From positions 1 to 44,781 of the forward strand of contig JBNJGC010000001.1 in NCBI GenBank assembly GCA_051747405.1: 44,781 nt of DNA, read 5' to 3'. The notes below the pieces were generated by a model. It was not told the origin of the DNA. It worked only from the letters and a program-made list of their open reading frames with translations, and made no database searches. The stretch is from Pseudomonadota bacterium (GTDB lineage: Bacteria; Pseudomonadota; Gammaproteobacteria; Thiohalomonadales; Thiohalomonadaceae). Positions 18,961 through 29,397 of the stretch are shown one piece after another; the first letter of the stretch is position 1, and each line of letters starts with the position of its first letter. Position numbers and translations under genes: made by a program.

Positions 18961-20681
18961 AGCGATTCCACCGGCGTTGCGGCGGCCCAGCGCTCCAACT
19001 GCCCCAGACTGAGGCTGCGCCAGCCCACCTGCTGCTCGGCAGGCAGCGCCTCCAGCTGCTGCAGCAACCGCTGGGCCTGGTCGAGATCCTCAAGCGGCAG
19101 CTCATTTACCGTCAACGCCACCAACGCCTCGCTCAACCACTCAGTGACGGCGCCATCAGCGCTGTCGGGGGCCTCCATGAGTGTCTGCAGCACCTTCGCC
19201 GGCGCCACCCCGCGCAGCAGCGCCGGGATACGCCGCAGCACCACCGCCTCCTCCCCCAACTGCTCCAGCTCCACCCCCAGCGGCAGCGCCGCCGGCGCCA
19301 GCCTGAGCAGACGCTCCAGCTGACCGGAGGTAAGGTTTTCGCTGTAGGGGAGCAGCAGCGGCTGGCTACGCACCTCCCCCTGCTCCACCATCACCCGCAG
19401 GTGCTGCAACAACACCTGCCTTCGTGCTGCCGCCAGATCCAGCAGTTGCGGCCCCTCCTCCCCGTCGGCCAGCAGAAAGCGTCCATGGAGGATGGCCCGC
19501 ACCCGGCGCCGGGGCAGCGCCGCATCCCGCGCCCGGGCGTAGAAGCTCTGCTGATCGGCGACACGAGCGACCGACGGCGCCCTGCCGCGTAGCGGCGATG
19601 CCGTCTCAGCCGAATAATTCGACCGTGCCGGAATCGCAGATGCCGCCGCCGGACTCTCCAGCTCTGCCCCGGGCGCTGCCTGCTCGCCGCTCAACGTCTC
19701 CTGCAGGGCACGGAAGAGAAAGTCGTGCACCATGCGCGACTCCCGGAAGCGTACCTCATGTTTAGTCGGGTGGACATTCACATCCACCTGGGTCGGATCG
19801 AGGCTAAGATAGAGGACATAGGCCGGGTAGCGCCCCGGTTCGAGCAGCCCCTGATGGGCTTGGCGCACGGCGTGATTGATCAGCTTGTCGCGGATCATGC
19901 GACCGTTGAGATAGAAGTATTGGCTGTCGGCCTGGCTGCGTGAGGCCGAAGGCGGCGCCAGCCAACCCTGCAGATGCATCCCCGCCGCCTCGAAACGCAG
20001 CGCCAGCGCCTGCTGGATAAAGCCGCGCCCCAACACCTCACCGGCTCGGCGCCGCTGCGCCGCCTCATCCTGCGCCGGACGCAAGCGCAACACCTGACGC
20101 CCGTTGTGGCGCAGGGTGATCGCGACATCGAAACGGCTCAGCGCCAGCCGGCGCACGACCTCCTCGATGTGCAGAAACTCGGTGCGCTCGGTACGCAGAA
20201 ACTTGCGCCGGGCCGGAGTGTTGTAGAACAGATCGCGCACCTCGACCCGGGTACCGGCGGGCTGTGCGCTGGGCGCCAGCTCACCGGCGGCGCTAAGCGC
20301 CCAGCCCTGCCCGGCATCGCTGTGACGACTGGCCAGCGAGAGGCGACTGACCGAGGCGATACTCGCCAGCGCCTCACCGCGGAAACCGAGGCTGGCGATC
20401 TGCTCAAGCTCCTGCTGGGTGTAGACCTTGCTGGTGGCGTGGGGGGCGATGGCCAGGGGCAGATCCTCAGGGTGGATCCCGCGCCCATCATCGAGCACCC
20501 GGATCAGCTTCGCCCCGCCCTGCTCCACCTCAAGCTCAATCGCAGAGGCGCCGGCATCGATGCTATTCTCCAGCAGCTCCTTGACCACAGAGGCGGGGCG
20601 CTCCACCACCTCGCCGGCGGCGATCTGGTTGGCAAGTTGCGGAGGAAGGGCTTGAATACGTCGCTGCACGTGGCCGGCCAA
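18957..20681 (-). CDS. mutL: DNA mismatch repair protein MutL
   Basis: [36 protein letters not shown] (GHKL ATPase N-terminus). The start codon is uncertain: TTG 20681 or GTG 20669. Confidence 0.93.
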   Translation of the reverse strand: MAGHVQRRIQALPPQLANQIAAGEVVERPASVVKELLENSIDAGASAIELEVEQGGAKLIRVLDDGRGIHPEDLPLAIAPHATSKVYTQQELEQIASLGFRGEALASIASVSRLSLASRHSDAGQGWALSAAGELAPSAQPAGTRVEVRDLFYNTPARRKFLRTERTEFLHIEEVVRRLALSRFDVAITLRHNGRQVLRLRPAQDEAAQRRRAGEVLGRGFIQQALALRFEAAGMHLQGWLAPPSASRSQADSQYFYLNGRMIRDKLINHAVRQAHQGLLEPGRYPAYVLYLSLDPTQVDVNVHPTKHEVRFRESRMVHDFLFRALQETLSGEQAAPGAELESPAAASAIPARSNYSAETASPLRGRAPSVARVADQQSFYARARDAALPRRRVRAILHGRFLLADGEEGPQLLDLAAARRQVLLQHLRVMVEQGEVRSQPLLLPYSENLTSGQLERLLRLAPAALPLGVELEQLGEEAVVLRRIPALLRGVAPAKVLQTLMEAPDSADGAVTEWLSEALVALTVNELPLEDLDQAQRLLQQLEALPAEQQVGWRSLSLGQLERWAAATPVESL

Positions 20682-20756
20682 ACGGTTCGAGTGGGGCCCG
20701 TGAGCTTATCAAAAACGGGGGGCGAGTGCAGGCCCAACAGGCCTTTTCAGCCCCTG

Positions 20757-22058
20757 TCAGCTGTCGCTGGGGATACGCAACACCTGGCCGACCCTGAGAG
20801 TCGTATCCTGAAGGCCGTTGTAGCGCTTGAGGGTGTCCGTATTTACCCGGTAGCTGTGGGCGATCCCGGAGAGCGTCTCGCCACGGGCGATAACGTGCTT
20901 TCGCTGAGAGCGCGCCAGGAGCGTCCCCGGGGGTGGATTGTCCTGAAAGTAGTTGAGAATACCTTCGCGCATCGCCTTGGCCAGTCGATACTGGTGGTTG
21001 GCGTTGCGGAGCCTGCGCTCTTCCCCGGGGTTGGAGATAAAGGCGGCCTCTACCAGGATGGAGGGCATATCCGGCGCCTTGAGCACCCGGAAGCCGGCCT
21101 GCTCGACCTGGCGCTTGTGGACCTTGCCCACCGTTTTGAGCCCCTGTAGCACCCGCGCGGCCACATCGGTGCTCGCCTCGATGCTGGCGGTCTGGGAGAG
21201 GTCCAGCAGCACCGAGGCGAGCAGATTATCCTTATCCTCCAGGGTGACCCCGCCGATCAGGTCCGAGGCGTTCTCCTTCTCCGCCAGCAGGCGAGCCTGT
21301 TCACTAGTGGCGCCACGGCGCGAGAGGGTGTAGACCGAGGAGCCGCTGGCCCGGTGATCGCGGAAGGAGTCGGCATGGATGGAGACCATCAGGTCGGCCT
21401 TGTATTTGCGCGCCAGCTCTACCCGTTGGCTGAGACCGATGTAGTAGTCCCCATCGCGAATGAGTACCGGCTTGAACCCCTTCTCCTTCTTCAGCAGGGC
21501 AGCCAGGCGCCGTGCTATGGCGAGCACCACATCCTTCTCGTGGGTTTTATTGGGACCGATCGCGCCCGGGTCTTCACCGCCATGTCCGGCGTCGATAGCG
21601 ACGATAATATCCCGTGCCGCCACAGCGTTGTAGCTGCTCAGGCTCTTTTTTTCGCGAACCCGGTTCTCGTCATGCGCAAGGTCGACCACCAGGCGGTGGC
21701 CATACTTCTCATTGGGACGCAGGGCAAAACTCTTCGGCTCCACCGCCTCGCTCAGATCGAGTACGATGCGCAGGTCGCCCTTACCCTTCTTGCCGGTGCG
21801 GATCCCCTTCAGCACCCCTTTATCGAAGTCAAGTTTATCGGTATCGGCGCGCAGACGCGCATTTTTCACATCAATGACGATACGGTCTGGGTTGTCCAGG
21901 CTGAACAGGGAGTGCTCCACTTCGCCACTGGCGTCGAACACCACCCTGGTGCTATCCGGCGCCGGCCACATGCGCACACCGTTTATCTCGCTCTGCGCGT
22001 GCAGCAGGGCGGAAAACAGCAGTAATACTGTCGCGGCAAGGTATCTGTTCATGGGCAT
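20757..22058 (-). CDS. amiB: N-acetylmuramoyl-L-alanine amidase (AMIN + Amidase_3 + LysM)
   Basis: Signal peptide, an AMIN-like N-terminus (VRMWPAPDSTRVVFD), the amidase_3 core (IDAGHGGEDPGA...SIHADS) and a C-terminal LysM (HVIARGETLSGIAHSY...). Position is tsaE-amiB-mutL. Confidence 0.9.
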   Translation of the reverse strand: MPMNRYLAATVLLLFSALLHAQSEINGVRMWPAPDSTRVVFDASGEVEHSLFSLDNPDRIVIDVKNARLRADTDKLDFDKGVLKGIRTGKKGKGDLRIVLDLSEAVEPKSFALRPNEKYGHRLVVDLAHDENRVREKKSLSSYNAVAARDIIVAIDAGHGGEDPGAIGPNKTHEKDVVLAIARRLAALLKKEKGFKPVLIRDGDYYIGLSQRVELARKYKADLMVSIHADSFRDHRASGSSVYTLSRRGATSEQARLLAEKENASDLIGGVTLEDKDNLLASVLLDLSQTASIEASTDVAARVLQGLKTVGKVHKRQVEQAGFRVLKAPDMPSILVEAAFISNPGEERRLRNANHQYRLAKAMREGILNYFQDNPPPGTLLARSQRKHVIARGETLSGIAHSYRVNTDTLKRYNGLQDTTLRVGQVLRIPSDS

Positions 22059-22183
22059 GGCGCAGCTCCTATCCCCTCATCCCGAAAAGCGTTAACCCTT
22101 TTTAGTCATGCAGTTACAAGACTTACTTTCGAGTGATTATAGCTTTTAAATGCAACTTTATACAATTTGGGGATAAATTCAAG

Positions 22184-22666
22184 CTATTCGTTCGCAGCGA
22201 AGTGAGCATCCACACACGTCCAGAGCTCCGCCGCCACGCCCTCGACACTGCTGAGGTGCGCCTCGCGTCCCGCTTCGCAGTAGGCCAGGTGCAGCGTCAG
22301 GGCGGGGTTAGGCAGTAGCCCCTCTCCGCGCTGAGGCCACTCCACCAGTGCGATCGCTCTGCCGTCGAAGTAGTCACGGATCCCGAGATACTCCAGCTCC
22401 TCGGGGTCACCCAGGCGATAGAGATCGAAGTGGTAGACCGTCTGCCGACCCAACTGATAAGGCTCGACCAGGGTGTAGGTGGGGCTTTTGACCGCCCCAC
22501 GGTGGCCCAGCGCTTGCAGAAACCCGCGCACCAGGGTGGTCTTGCCGGCCCCCAGCTCACCGTGGAGGTGGATGACCGTCCCCGCCGGGCAGCAGTGGGC
22601 CAGAGCGGCGCCGAGGGCCTCGGTCCGCGCTGCAGAGTCCAGGGTGAAGTGGCACGTCACAACCAT
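22184..22666 (-). CDS. tsaE: tRNA t6A37 biosynthesis ATPase TsaE
   Basis: Contains [16 protein letters not shown] and [10 protein letters not shown] motifs. I trimmed the start to ATG 22666 (MVVTCHF...), just after the nnr stop. Confidence 0.88.
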   Translation of the reverse strand: MVVTCHFTLDSAARTEALGAALAHCCPAGTVIHLHGELGAGKTTLVRGFLQALGHRGAVKSPTYTLVEPYQLGRQTVYHFDLYRLGDPEELEYLGIRDYFDGRAIALVEWPQRGEGLLPNPALTLHLAYCEAGREAHLSSVEGVAAELWTCVDAHFAANE

Positions 22667-22670
22667 CGCC

Positions 22671-24161
22671 TCAGGGGTTGACCAACTGCCGTAACTGGGG
22701 AAGAAGGTCGCTGGCGAGCATCCCCCGCTCTCCCGTCGCCGCCGCCCGGTCCCCGGCGGCACCATGGATCACCGTGGCAAGCCTGGCCGCATCACGCAGC
22801 GCATGGCCCTGGGCGATCAGGGCGGCAATCACCCCGGTGAGCAGATCCCCCATCCCAGCGGAGGCCATGCCGGGATTGCCCTCGCTGCAGAGGGCAAACT
22901 CGCCATCCCGCGCCAACACCAAAGAGCCGCACCCCTTGAGCACCACCACACCGCCGAAGCTGGCCTCCAGGGAGGCGGCGGCGGCAAAGCGATCCGCCTG
23001 GATCTCGGCGGTGGAGCAGCCGAGCAGCCGCGCCGCCTCACCGGGATGGGGGGTCAGCACCCAATCACGACGATAGGCGGGTTCGAGGGCCAGCAGATTG
23101 AGGGCATCGGCATCGACCACCAGCGGCAGCCCGCTCTCAAGGATGCGCGCGAGCACTCCACGCCCCCAGGCGCCCCGCCCCAGCCCCGGCCCCAGGGCCA
23201 CCACACTGGCCCGCTCCAACAGCGGGACGAGCTGCTCGGGCTGCTCCACGGCGTGGCACATCAGCTCCGGTCGCGCCTGCGCGATCGCAGCGGCGTGACG
23301 CTCACGCGTGGCCAGCGAGACCAACCCCGCCCCACAGCGCGCCGCCGCCTCACCGGCCAGACGCACCGCACCGCCCATACCGTGATCGCCGCCGACCACC
23401 AGCACATGGCCGTGCTCCCCTTTGTGACTATTGCGCCGCCGCCGACTCAGCTGCGACTTGAGCTGCGGGTAATCGATGCGCCGCGCCGCAGGACTCAGAT
23501 GGCCGTAGACCTCCACCGGCACATTCAGCGCGGAGAAGCGCAGCTCGCCGCAGTGGTCCGGGCCGTCGGCGGTAAACAGCCCCTGTTTGAGGCCGATGAA
23601 GCTCAGTGTAAGGTCGGCCCGTACCGCCGCACCCAGCACACGCCCCGTATCGGCACTCAAACCGGAGGGGATATCCACGGCCACCACCGGCACGTCGATC
23701 TCGTTGACCGCCTCGATCGCCTCGCGCCAGATCCCCTGCGGCTCACCGTTGAGACCGGTGCCGAGCATGGCATCGACGACCAGCTCAAAACCGTCCAGAC
23801 GCTGACCGTCGTAGTTGATCATAGAGACGGCGGCCGCCTCGGCATCCTCAAAGGCTCGCCGCGCCTCGCCTTTGAGCTTGTCCGCCGGAGCCAGTTGGTG
23901 CAACTCCACCTCCATACCGGCCAGGCGGGCCAGACGGGCCACCACATAGCCGTCGCCGCCGTTGTTGCCCCCGCCACAGAGCACGGCGATCTGACGCACC
24001 CTGGGCCAACGCTTCCGCATCGCATCGAACAGCACCTGCCCGGCGGTGGTCATCAGTGAATAACCGGCGATGCCGTAATAGTCGATGGCCAGCCGGTCCA
24101 GCTCCCGCACCTGGGCGGCGCGATAAAGATCATGGGGTAATCGCTTCATGGGAGGTATCAT
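22671..24161 (-). CDS. nnr: Bifunctional NAD(P)H-hydrate repair enzyme Nnr (epimerase + ADP-dependent dehydratase)
   Basis: The YjeF N-terminal domain ([14 protein letters not shown]) is fused to a carbohydrate-kinase-like C-terminal domain (GPGLG...[13 protein letters not shown]). Confidence 0.9.
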   Translation of the reverse strand: MIPPMKRLPHDLYRAAQVRELDRLAIDYYGIAGYSLMTTAGQVLFDAMRKRWPRVRQIAVLCGGGNNGGDGYVVARLARLAGMEVELHQLAPADKLKGEARRAFEDAEAAAVSMINYDGQRLDGFELVVDAMLGTGLNGEPQGIWREAIEAVNEIDVPVVAVDIPSGLSADTGRVLGAAVRADLTLSFIGLKQGLFTADGPDHCGELRFSALNVPVEVYGHLSPAARRIDYPQLKSQLSRRRRNSHKGEHGHVLVVGGDHGMGGAVRLAGEAAARCGAGLVSLATRERHAAAIAQARPELMCHAVEQPEQLVPLLERASVVALGPGLGRGAWGRGVLARILESGLPLVVDADALNLLALEPAYRRDWVLTPHPGEAARLLGCSTAEIQADRFAAAASLEASFGGVVVLKGCGSLVLARDGEFALCSEGNPGMASAGMGDLLTGVIAALIAQGHALRDAARLATVIHGAAGDRAAATGERGMLASDLLPQLRQLVNP

Positions 24162-24168
24162 AGCGGCT

Positions 24169-25236
24169 ATGGCGCGGACACAGAACCACTTTAATCACGA
24201 CAGGCTGGTGACACAACTCCGCCACTGGGCGCGGGAGCTGGGGTTCGAACAGCTCGGCATCAGCGGCGTCGAGCTGGGCGCAGCCGAGGCACACCTGCTG
24301 CGTTGGCTGGGGGACGGCTACCACGGTCAGATGGGGTACATGCAGCGCCACGGGCGCAAACGCAGCCGTCCGGCGGAGCTGGAGCCGGGCACCCTCAGCG
24401 TGATCAGCGTGCGCATGAATTACCTGCCGAGCGGCGCGGCAAACCCCTGGAACGTATTGCATGATGGCGAGCGGGGCTACATCTCGCGCTACGCCCTGGG
24501 GCGCGACTACCACAAACTGATGCGCAAACGGCTGCAGCACCTGGCCACACGGATCAGCGAGCAGATCGGCCACTTTGGCTACCGCGCCTTTGTCGACAGC
24601 GCTCCGGTGCTGGAAAAACCGCTGGCCGCCAACGCCGGCCTCGGCTGGGTGGGCAAACACAGCAATCTGCTCAGCCGTGAAGCGGGCTCCTGGTTCTTTC
24701 TGGGCGAGCTCTACACCGACCTGCCGCTGCCCGCGGACGCCCCCCTCGAGAGCCACTGCGGCACCTGCCAGGCCTGTATCGACCTCTGCCCCACCGCCGC
24801 CATCGTCGAACCCTATGTGGTGGATGCCCGCCGCTGCATCTCCTACCTCACCATCGAACACCGGGGCAGCATCCCTGAACCGCTACGGCCACTGATGGGC
24901 AACCGCATCTACGGCTGCGACGACTGCCAACTGGTCTGCCCCTGGAACCGATTCGCCAAAACCGGCGCAGAGACCGACTTCGCCCCGCGCCACGGGCTCG
25001 ACAATCCCGACCTGATCGAACTGTTCGGTTGGGACGAAGAGACCTTCCTGCGCCGTACCGAAGGCTCGGCCATCCGCCGCATCGGCCACGAGTCGTGGCT
25101 GAGGAATCTGGCCGTGGCGCTGGGCAACGCCCCCCGCAGCGAGCGATTGATCCTCGCCCTGCAACAGCGTCTGGCACACCCGTCGGCAATCGTCCGCGAA
25201 CATACCATCTGGGCATTGGCACGACAGCAGCAGTAA
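24169..25236 (+). CDS. queG: Epoxyqueuosine reductase QueG
   Basis: Contains 4Fe-4S motifs (CGTCQACIDLCPT, CDDCQLVCPWN) and a HEAT-like C-terminus. It is divergent from nnr, as in enterobacteria. I prefer ATG 24169 (GGAGG 13 nt upstream) over 24148. Confidence 0.9.
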   Translation: MARTQNHFNHDRLVTQLRHWARELGFEQLGISGVELGAAEAHLLRWLGDGYHGQMGYMQRHGRKRSRPAELEPGTLSVISVRMNYLPSGAANPWNVLHDGERGYISRYALGRDYHKLMRKRLQHLATRISEQIGHFGYRAFVDSAPVLEKPLAANAGLGWVGKHSNLLSREAGSWFFLGELYTDLPLPADAPLESHCGTCQACIDLCPTAAIVEPYVVDARRCISYLTIEHRGSIPEPLRPLMGNRIYGCDDCQLVCPWNRFAKTGAETDFAPRHGLDNPDLIELFGWDEETFLRRTEGSAIRRIGHESWLRNLAVALGNAPRSERLILALQQRLAHPSAIVREHTIWALARQQQ

Positions 25237-25250
25237 TCACGAGGAGTCAC

Positions 25251-26117
25251 ATGGCAAAGATTCTGGCAGTAGGCAACGCCACCCTGGACATCATCAACGT
25301 CGTCGACAACTACCCGCACGAAGACCAGGAGGTGCGCGCCGTCTCCCAGCACACCAACCGCGGCGGCAACGCCGCCAATACTCTGGTGGTGCTGAGTCAG
25401 TTGGGCCACAGCTGCAGCTGGGCCGGCACCATCGCGGACGAACCCGGTGGCGAGCAGATCCGCCGCGATCTCAGGCACAACCGCATCGACCTGAGCGCGG
25501 TCTACGCGCTCCAACACGGTAAGGTCCCCACCTCTTACGTCACCCTCAGCCGCCTCAACGGCAGCCGCACCATCGTCCACTTCCGCGACCTGCCCGAGTA
25601 TCCGGCCCGCCACTTTGCTGCGATCGATCTCGACCCCGTCGACTGGCTCCACTTCGAGGGGCGCAACCTGGATCAGGTTCGCACCATGATGGAGCACGCC
25701 CGTAGCGAACAGCCCAACCTCCCCATCTCCCTGGAGGTGGAGAAGGCGCGCCCCGGGATCGAAAAACTCTTCCCCCTGGCCGACCTGCTGATGTTCTCCC
25801 GCGACTACGCCAAGCGGATGCACGCCCACAGCGCAGAGAGCTTTCTACGCCACATGCAAACCCATGGGCTGGAGGCGATGATGAGTTGCACCTGGGGCGA
25901 ACAGGGCGCCTACGCCCTGGATACCGACGGCACACTCCACCACGCCCCACCCTTTTCGCCACCGATGGTGGTGGACACCCTGGGCGCGGGAGATGTGTTC
26001 AACGCCGGGTTGATCGATCAACTGGAGCGGGGACACAAGCTGGATCTCGCCCTCATCGAGGCGTCACGGCTGGCGGGGAAAAAGTGCGGAATCTATGGGC
26101 TGGATAACCTGGTCTAA
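25251..26117 (+). CDS. PfkB-family carbohydrate kinase (ketohexokinase/ribokinase-like)
   Basis: MAKILAVGNATLDII... followed by C-terminal DTLGAGDVFNAG (PfkB signature). GAGGAG SD lies upstream of ATG 25251. The ORF-track N-terminal extension overlaps queG and was discarded. Confidence 0.8.
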   Translation: MAKILAVGNATLDIINVVDNYPHEDQEVRAVSQHTNRGGNAANTLVVLSQLGHSCSWAGTIADEPGGEQIRRDLRHNRIDLSAVYALQHGKVPTSYVTLSRLNGSRTIVHFRDLPEYPARHFAAIDLDPVDWLHFEGRNLDQVRTMMEHARSEQPNLPISLEVEKARPGIEKLFPLADLLMFSRDYAKRMHAHSAESFLRHMQTHGLEAMMSCTWGEQGAYALDTDGTLHHAPPFSPPMVVDTLGAGDVFNAGLIDQLERGHKLDLALIEASRLAGKKCGIYGLDNLV

Positions 26118-26208
26118 CCCGTCGGCTCTCCAGTTACACCATGGCGGGCTTATCTAAAGCACATTATGCAGATAACGGGGTGCGAAGCGCCCCCCGGCAG
26201 GATACTCT

Positions 26209-26436
26209 TCAGGCCTTCACATCGAGCAGAGAGCCAAGAGTTTCGTCAACGGTTTTCAACATATCGACATTGGTCTCCACTTGACGGCGATTGACGATAC
26301 TCTCCACCAACGGCTGGGCCACATCGGCATCACTGCGGCCATTGGCGCGCGCCACATCGCCGGCATTACGCTCCAGCCCCTCCATTCCCCGGCGTACACC
26401 GGTCAATGCACTGTTCATGGCACCGTTGATCGTCAT
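26209..26436 (-). CDS. Small (75-aa) protein with flagellar-rod-like N- and C-terminal motifs
   Basis: SALTGVRRGMEGLERNAGDVARAN resembles the FlgB/C/G N-terminal box. LVESIVNRRQVETNVDMLKTVDETLGSLLD resembles the rod C-terminal box (E-x-V-x-x-I-x-x-x-R-x-Y-E-A-N-x-K). An SD-like GAAGG lies upstream. The assignment is by eye only. Confidence 0.4.
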   Translation of the reverse strand: MTINGAMNSALTGVRRGMEGLERNAGDVARANGRSDADVAQPLVESIVNRRQVETNVDMLKTVDETLGSLLDVKA

Positions 26437-26890
26437 ACCTTCGCCCCCATCGTGTTAAACCATTGACTATTGCCCTAAATATAGTGGCAATGGCACAAAT
26501 TATAAAGGTTAGATTCCGCACCACGGCTCACGCAGGCGCGAGCGCTGCGTGGCCAGGACTGGCCGATTTGATATCCCCTGCCTGCTGCCACCACCGGGCC
26601 TGCTCAAAAGGAACGGCACGGACCAGTACATCCTCATCATCGCTGTCCAGCCCATGAACCCCGCCCACGCCACGACCATCGACCTGACCACAGTAGAGGG
26701 CGCTCCGCGCCGGGGCTAACCAGGTCGTCGCAGATAAACACCTGTAGCCCGCCCTCACAGCCGCCCGTGCGGCCCGCGTCTTGCGCTCATCCTGCTCATC
26801 CCTCCCCCTTCGTCACAAACAACTGTGGAAAATGGTAAACTATTTAATCGGTCTAACAGTCTTTCATATCCAGACATCCAACTAACGCCC

Positions 26891-27490
26891 ATGCCACTGC
26901 CGACAGAACCCAAACGGACAGTCACCGTCGTGCTTCTCGCCGGCGGCGCTGGGCGTCGCATGGGGGGGCAGGACAAGGGGCTGCTACCCTTTCGCGGCAC
27001 CAGCCTCATCGCGCATGTGCTACAGGTGCTCAAGCCGCAGGTAGAGCAGGTTCTGATTAATGCCAACCGTAACCATCAACACTACCGTGAGCTGGGCCTT
27101 CCGTTAGTCAGTGACACGCTCAGCGGCGGACTGGGCCCGCTGGCCGGCCTTCTCAGTGGACTGGAACACAGTGACAGCGAGTACGTCCTGAGTATTCCCT
27201 GTGATACCCCGTACCTTCCCGGCGATCTGGTTGAGCGTATGCTGCACACGCTACTCCAGCACGATGCCCAGGCCTGCACCGTGGATGATGGCAGACGGCT
27301 CCACCCGGTGATCATGTTGGTTCGCTCCGATGCCGAAGCGCCGCTGCGCGACTATCTGCAACAGGGCGGACGCAAGGTTCACGACTGGTTCTACAGCGTA
27401 CCGCACTGCTGTGCCGACTTCTCCGATCAGCCCGAGGCCTTCACCAACCTCAACACCCCCGCTCAACTCAATGAGGCGCAGCAGCCATGA
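26891..27490 (+). CDS. mobA: Molybdenum cofactor guanylyltransferase MobA
   Basis: VVLLAGGAGRRMGGQDKGLLPF motif. Start trimmed to ATG 26891. Overlaps the mobB start. Confidence 0.88.
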   Translation: MPLPTEPKRTVTVVLLAGGAGRRMGGQDKGLLPFRGTSLIAHVLQVLKPQVEQVLINANRNHQHYRELGLPLVSDTLSGGLGPLAGLLSGLEHSDSEYVLSIPCDTPYLPGDLVERMLHTLLQHDAQACTVDDGRRLHPVIMLVRSDAEAPLRDYLQQGGRKVHDWFYSVPHCCADFSDQPEAFTNLNTPAQLNEAQQP

Positions 27491-28020
27491 GTGACTCCCC
27501 ATTCCCACTGCTGGGCCTCGTCGCCTACAGCGGCACCGGTAAAACCACCCTGCTGGAGCAGCTCATCCCACTCCTCGACACCAGGGGGATCCGCTGCGGC
27601 CTGCTCAAGCACGCCCACCACGACTTCGACATCGACACCCCGGGCAAGGACAGCTACCGTCTACGCCAGGCCGGTGCCCGCCAGGTGATGGTCGCCTCTC
27701 ACAAACGGTGGGCACTGATGAGCGAAAACGGGGAGGATACGGAACCCCGACTCGACGAGTTACTCCCCCACTTTGACAATAAGCGCTTCGATCTGCTGCT
27801 GGTCGAAGGCTTCAAGCACGAGGTCTACCCCAAGATCGCCCTTTACCGACGGGCACTGGGTAAGCCTCCCCTCTCTCTCGACGACAGTGAGATTATCGCG
27901 GTAGCCAGTGACACCGCTTTCAGCGACACACTACTGCCGCAACTGGATATCAACCAGCCGGAACAGATCGCCCGCTTCATCGCGCAGTGGCTCGATGAAC
28001 GGCGACGTACAACCGATTGA
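27487..28020 (+). CDS. mobB: Molybdopterin-guanine dinucleotide biosynthesis adaptor MobB
   Basis: P-loop GYSGTGKTTL followed by LLKHAHH; ATGA overlap with mobA. Confidence 0.88.
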   Translation: MSDSPFPLLGLVAYSGTGKTTLLEQLIPLLDTRGIRCGLLKHAHHDFDIDTPGKDSYRLRQAGARQVMVASHKRWALMSENGEDTEPRLDELLPHFDNKRFDLLLVEGFKHEVYPKIALYRRALGKPPLSLDDSEIIAVASDTAFSDTLLPQLDINQPEQIARFIAQWLDERRRTTD

Positions 28021-28047
28021 ATACTGCAAAACCATAGGAATCAGCCG

Positions 28048-29298
28048 ATGAGCAATCCCAACAGCTGTGACAACCAGGGCATGAGCGACCTGCTCAACGT
28101 CGATGAAGCGCTGGCGAAAATCCGCCAGGCGCTTCAGCCCATCGAGGGTTTTGAGCGCTGCACCCTGCCCCTCGCCCACAACCGTATCGTCGCCGAGGCG
28201 GTCACCTCCCCCATCAACGTACCGGGACACCGAAACTCCGCCATGGATGGCTACGCCGTCAACGGCGCAGAGCTCCCCGACAGCGGCAGTGCCGGCTTCA
28301 CGGTAATCGGCACCGCCTTTGCCGGCACCCCATTTACGGGCAGAGTGGCGTCGAGGCAGGCCGTGCGCATCATGACCGGTGCAGTTGTACCGGAGGGAGC
28401 CGACACCGTCATCATGCAAGAGGCGGTGGAACGTGACGGTGACACTATCACCCTCCAAGCCGGCCACAAAGCCGGCGAGAACGTGCGCCACATCGGCGAG
28501 GACATCCCCAAAGGCGGTATCGTCCTCGCACCGGGCAAGCGGATCCGTGCCGCGGAGATGGGGCTGCTCGCCTCACTGGGTGTCGGTGAAGTGACGGTAC
28601 ACCGCCGCCTGCGCGTGGCTACCTTCTCCACCGGCGATGAGCTCTGCTCCATCGGTGAGGTTCCTGAAGAGGGACAGATCTACGACAGCAACCGCTACAG
28701 CATTGCCGGCATGCTGCAAGCGCTCAATGTCGAGCACCTCGACATGGGTGTGATCCGCGATGAGCCCGAGGCGATCAGCCACGCCTTTGGCACTGCCGCC
28801 AAGATCGCCGATGTCCTGATCACCAGCGGCGGCGTCTCGGTGGGCGAGGCCGACTACGTCAAACAGACCCTGGAGCGCCTCGGTGAGGTCAACTTCTGGA
28901 AGATTAAGATGAAACCGGGCAAACCGCTCGCCTTCGGCAGACTGGGTGAGACGGTCTTCTTCGGCCTGCCGGGCAATCCGGTCTCGGTAATGGCGACCTT
29001 TTATCAGATCGTACAACCGAGCCTGAAACAGCTGATGGGGCAGGCGTACAGCGCGCCGTTGCGCGTCCGAGTCCGTTGTCAGGAGAGGCTCAAAAGCCCG
29101 GCGCGGCAGGACTTCCAGCGCGGTATTCTCGAACGCGCCGATGATGGCGAGCTGGTGGTACGCAGCACCGGCCATCAAGGCTCGCACATCTTGAGCTCCA
29201 TGAGTCAGGCCAACTGCTTTATCGTACTGCCGGCGGAGTGTCGCGGTGTCGAACCGGGCGAGTGGGTCGAAGTCGAACCGTTTGAGGGCCTGTTCTAA
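28048..29298 (+). CDS. moeA: Molybdopterin molybdenumtransferase MoeA
   Basis: 416 aa with SAMDGYAV, ITSGGVSVGEADY and the MKPGKP...FGLPGNPVS motifs. Confidence 0.92.
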   Translation: MSNPNSCDNQGMSDLLNVDEALAKIRQALQPIEGFERCTLPLAHNRIVAEAVTSPINVPGHRNSAMDGYAVNGAELPDSGSAGFTVIGTAFAGTPFTGRVASRQAVRIMTGAVVPEGADTVIMQEAVERDGDTITLQAGHKAGENVRHIGEDIPKGGIVLAPGKRIRAAEMGLLASLGVGEVTVHRRLRVATFSTGDELCSIGEVPEEGQIYDSNRYSIAGMLQALNVEHLDMGVIRDEPEAISHAFGTAAKIADVLITSGGVSVGEADYVKQTLERLGEVNFWKIKMKPGKPLAFGRLGETVFFGLPGNPVSVMATFYQIVQPSLKQLMGQAYSAPLRVRVRCQERLKSPARQDFQRGILERADDGELVVRSTGHQGSHILSSMSQANCFIVLPAECRGVEPGEWVEVEPFEGLF

Positions 29299-29342
29299 GG
29301 GGCTGGCGCATATCGTGTTTACATTCGCTCGCTCATGAGCGC

Positions 29343-29378
29343 AAAAAAAAGGCCGGTGAGCTATCACCGGCCTTTTTT
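29343..29378. terminator. Bidirectional Rho-independent terminator between moeA and the H1-like gene
   Basis: A8, then stem GGCCGGTGA, loop GCTA, stem TCACCGGCC, then T6. It can terminate both convergent transcripts. Confidence 0.8.
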
Positions 29379-29397
29379 GCGTTTCGGCACCCTGTTA

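Noticed and set aside
26528-26758. The 76-aa minus-strand ORF (…LYCGQVDGRGVGGVHGLDSDDEDVLVRAVPFEQARWWQ…) considered as a real gene or gene remnant.
   Set aside because: I recognise no family. It has a GTG start. I kept it only as part of the finding on the unassigned mobA upstream region rather than listing it as a feature.
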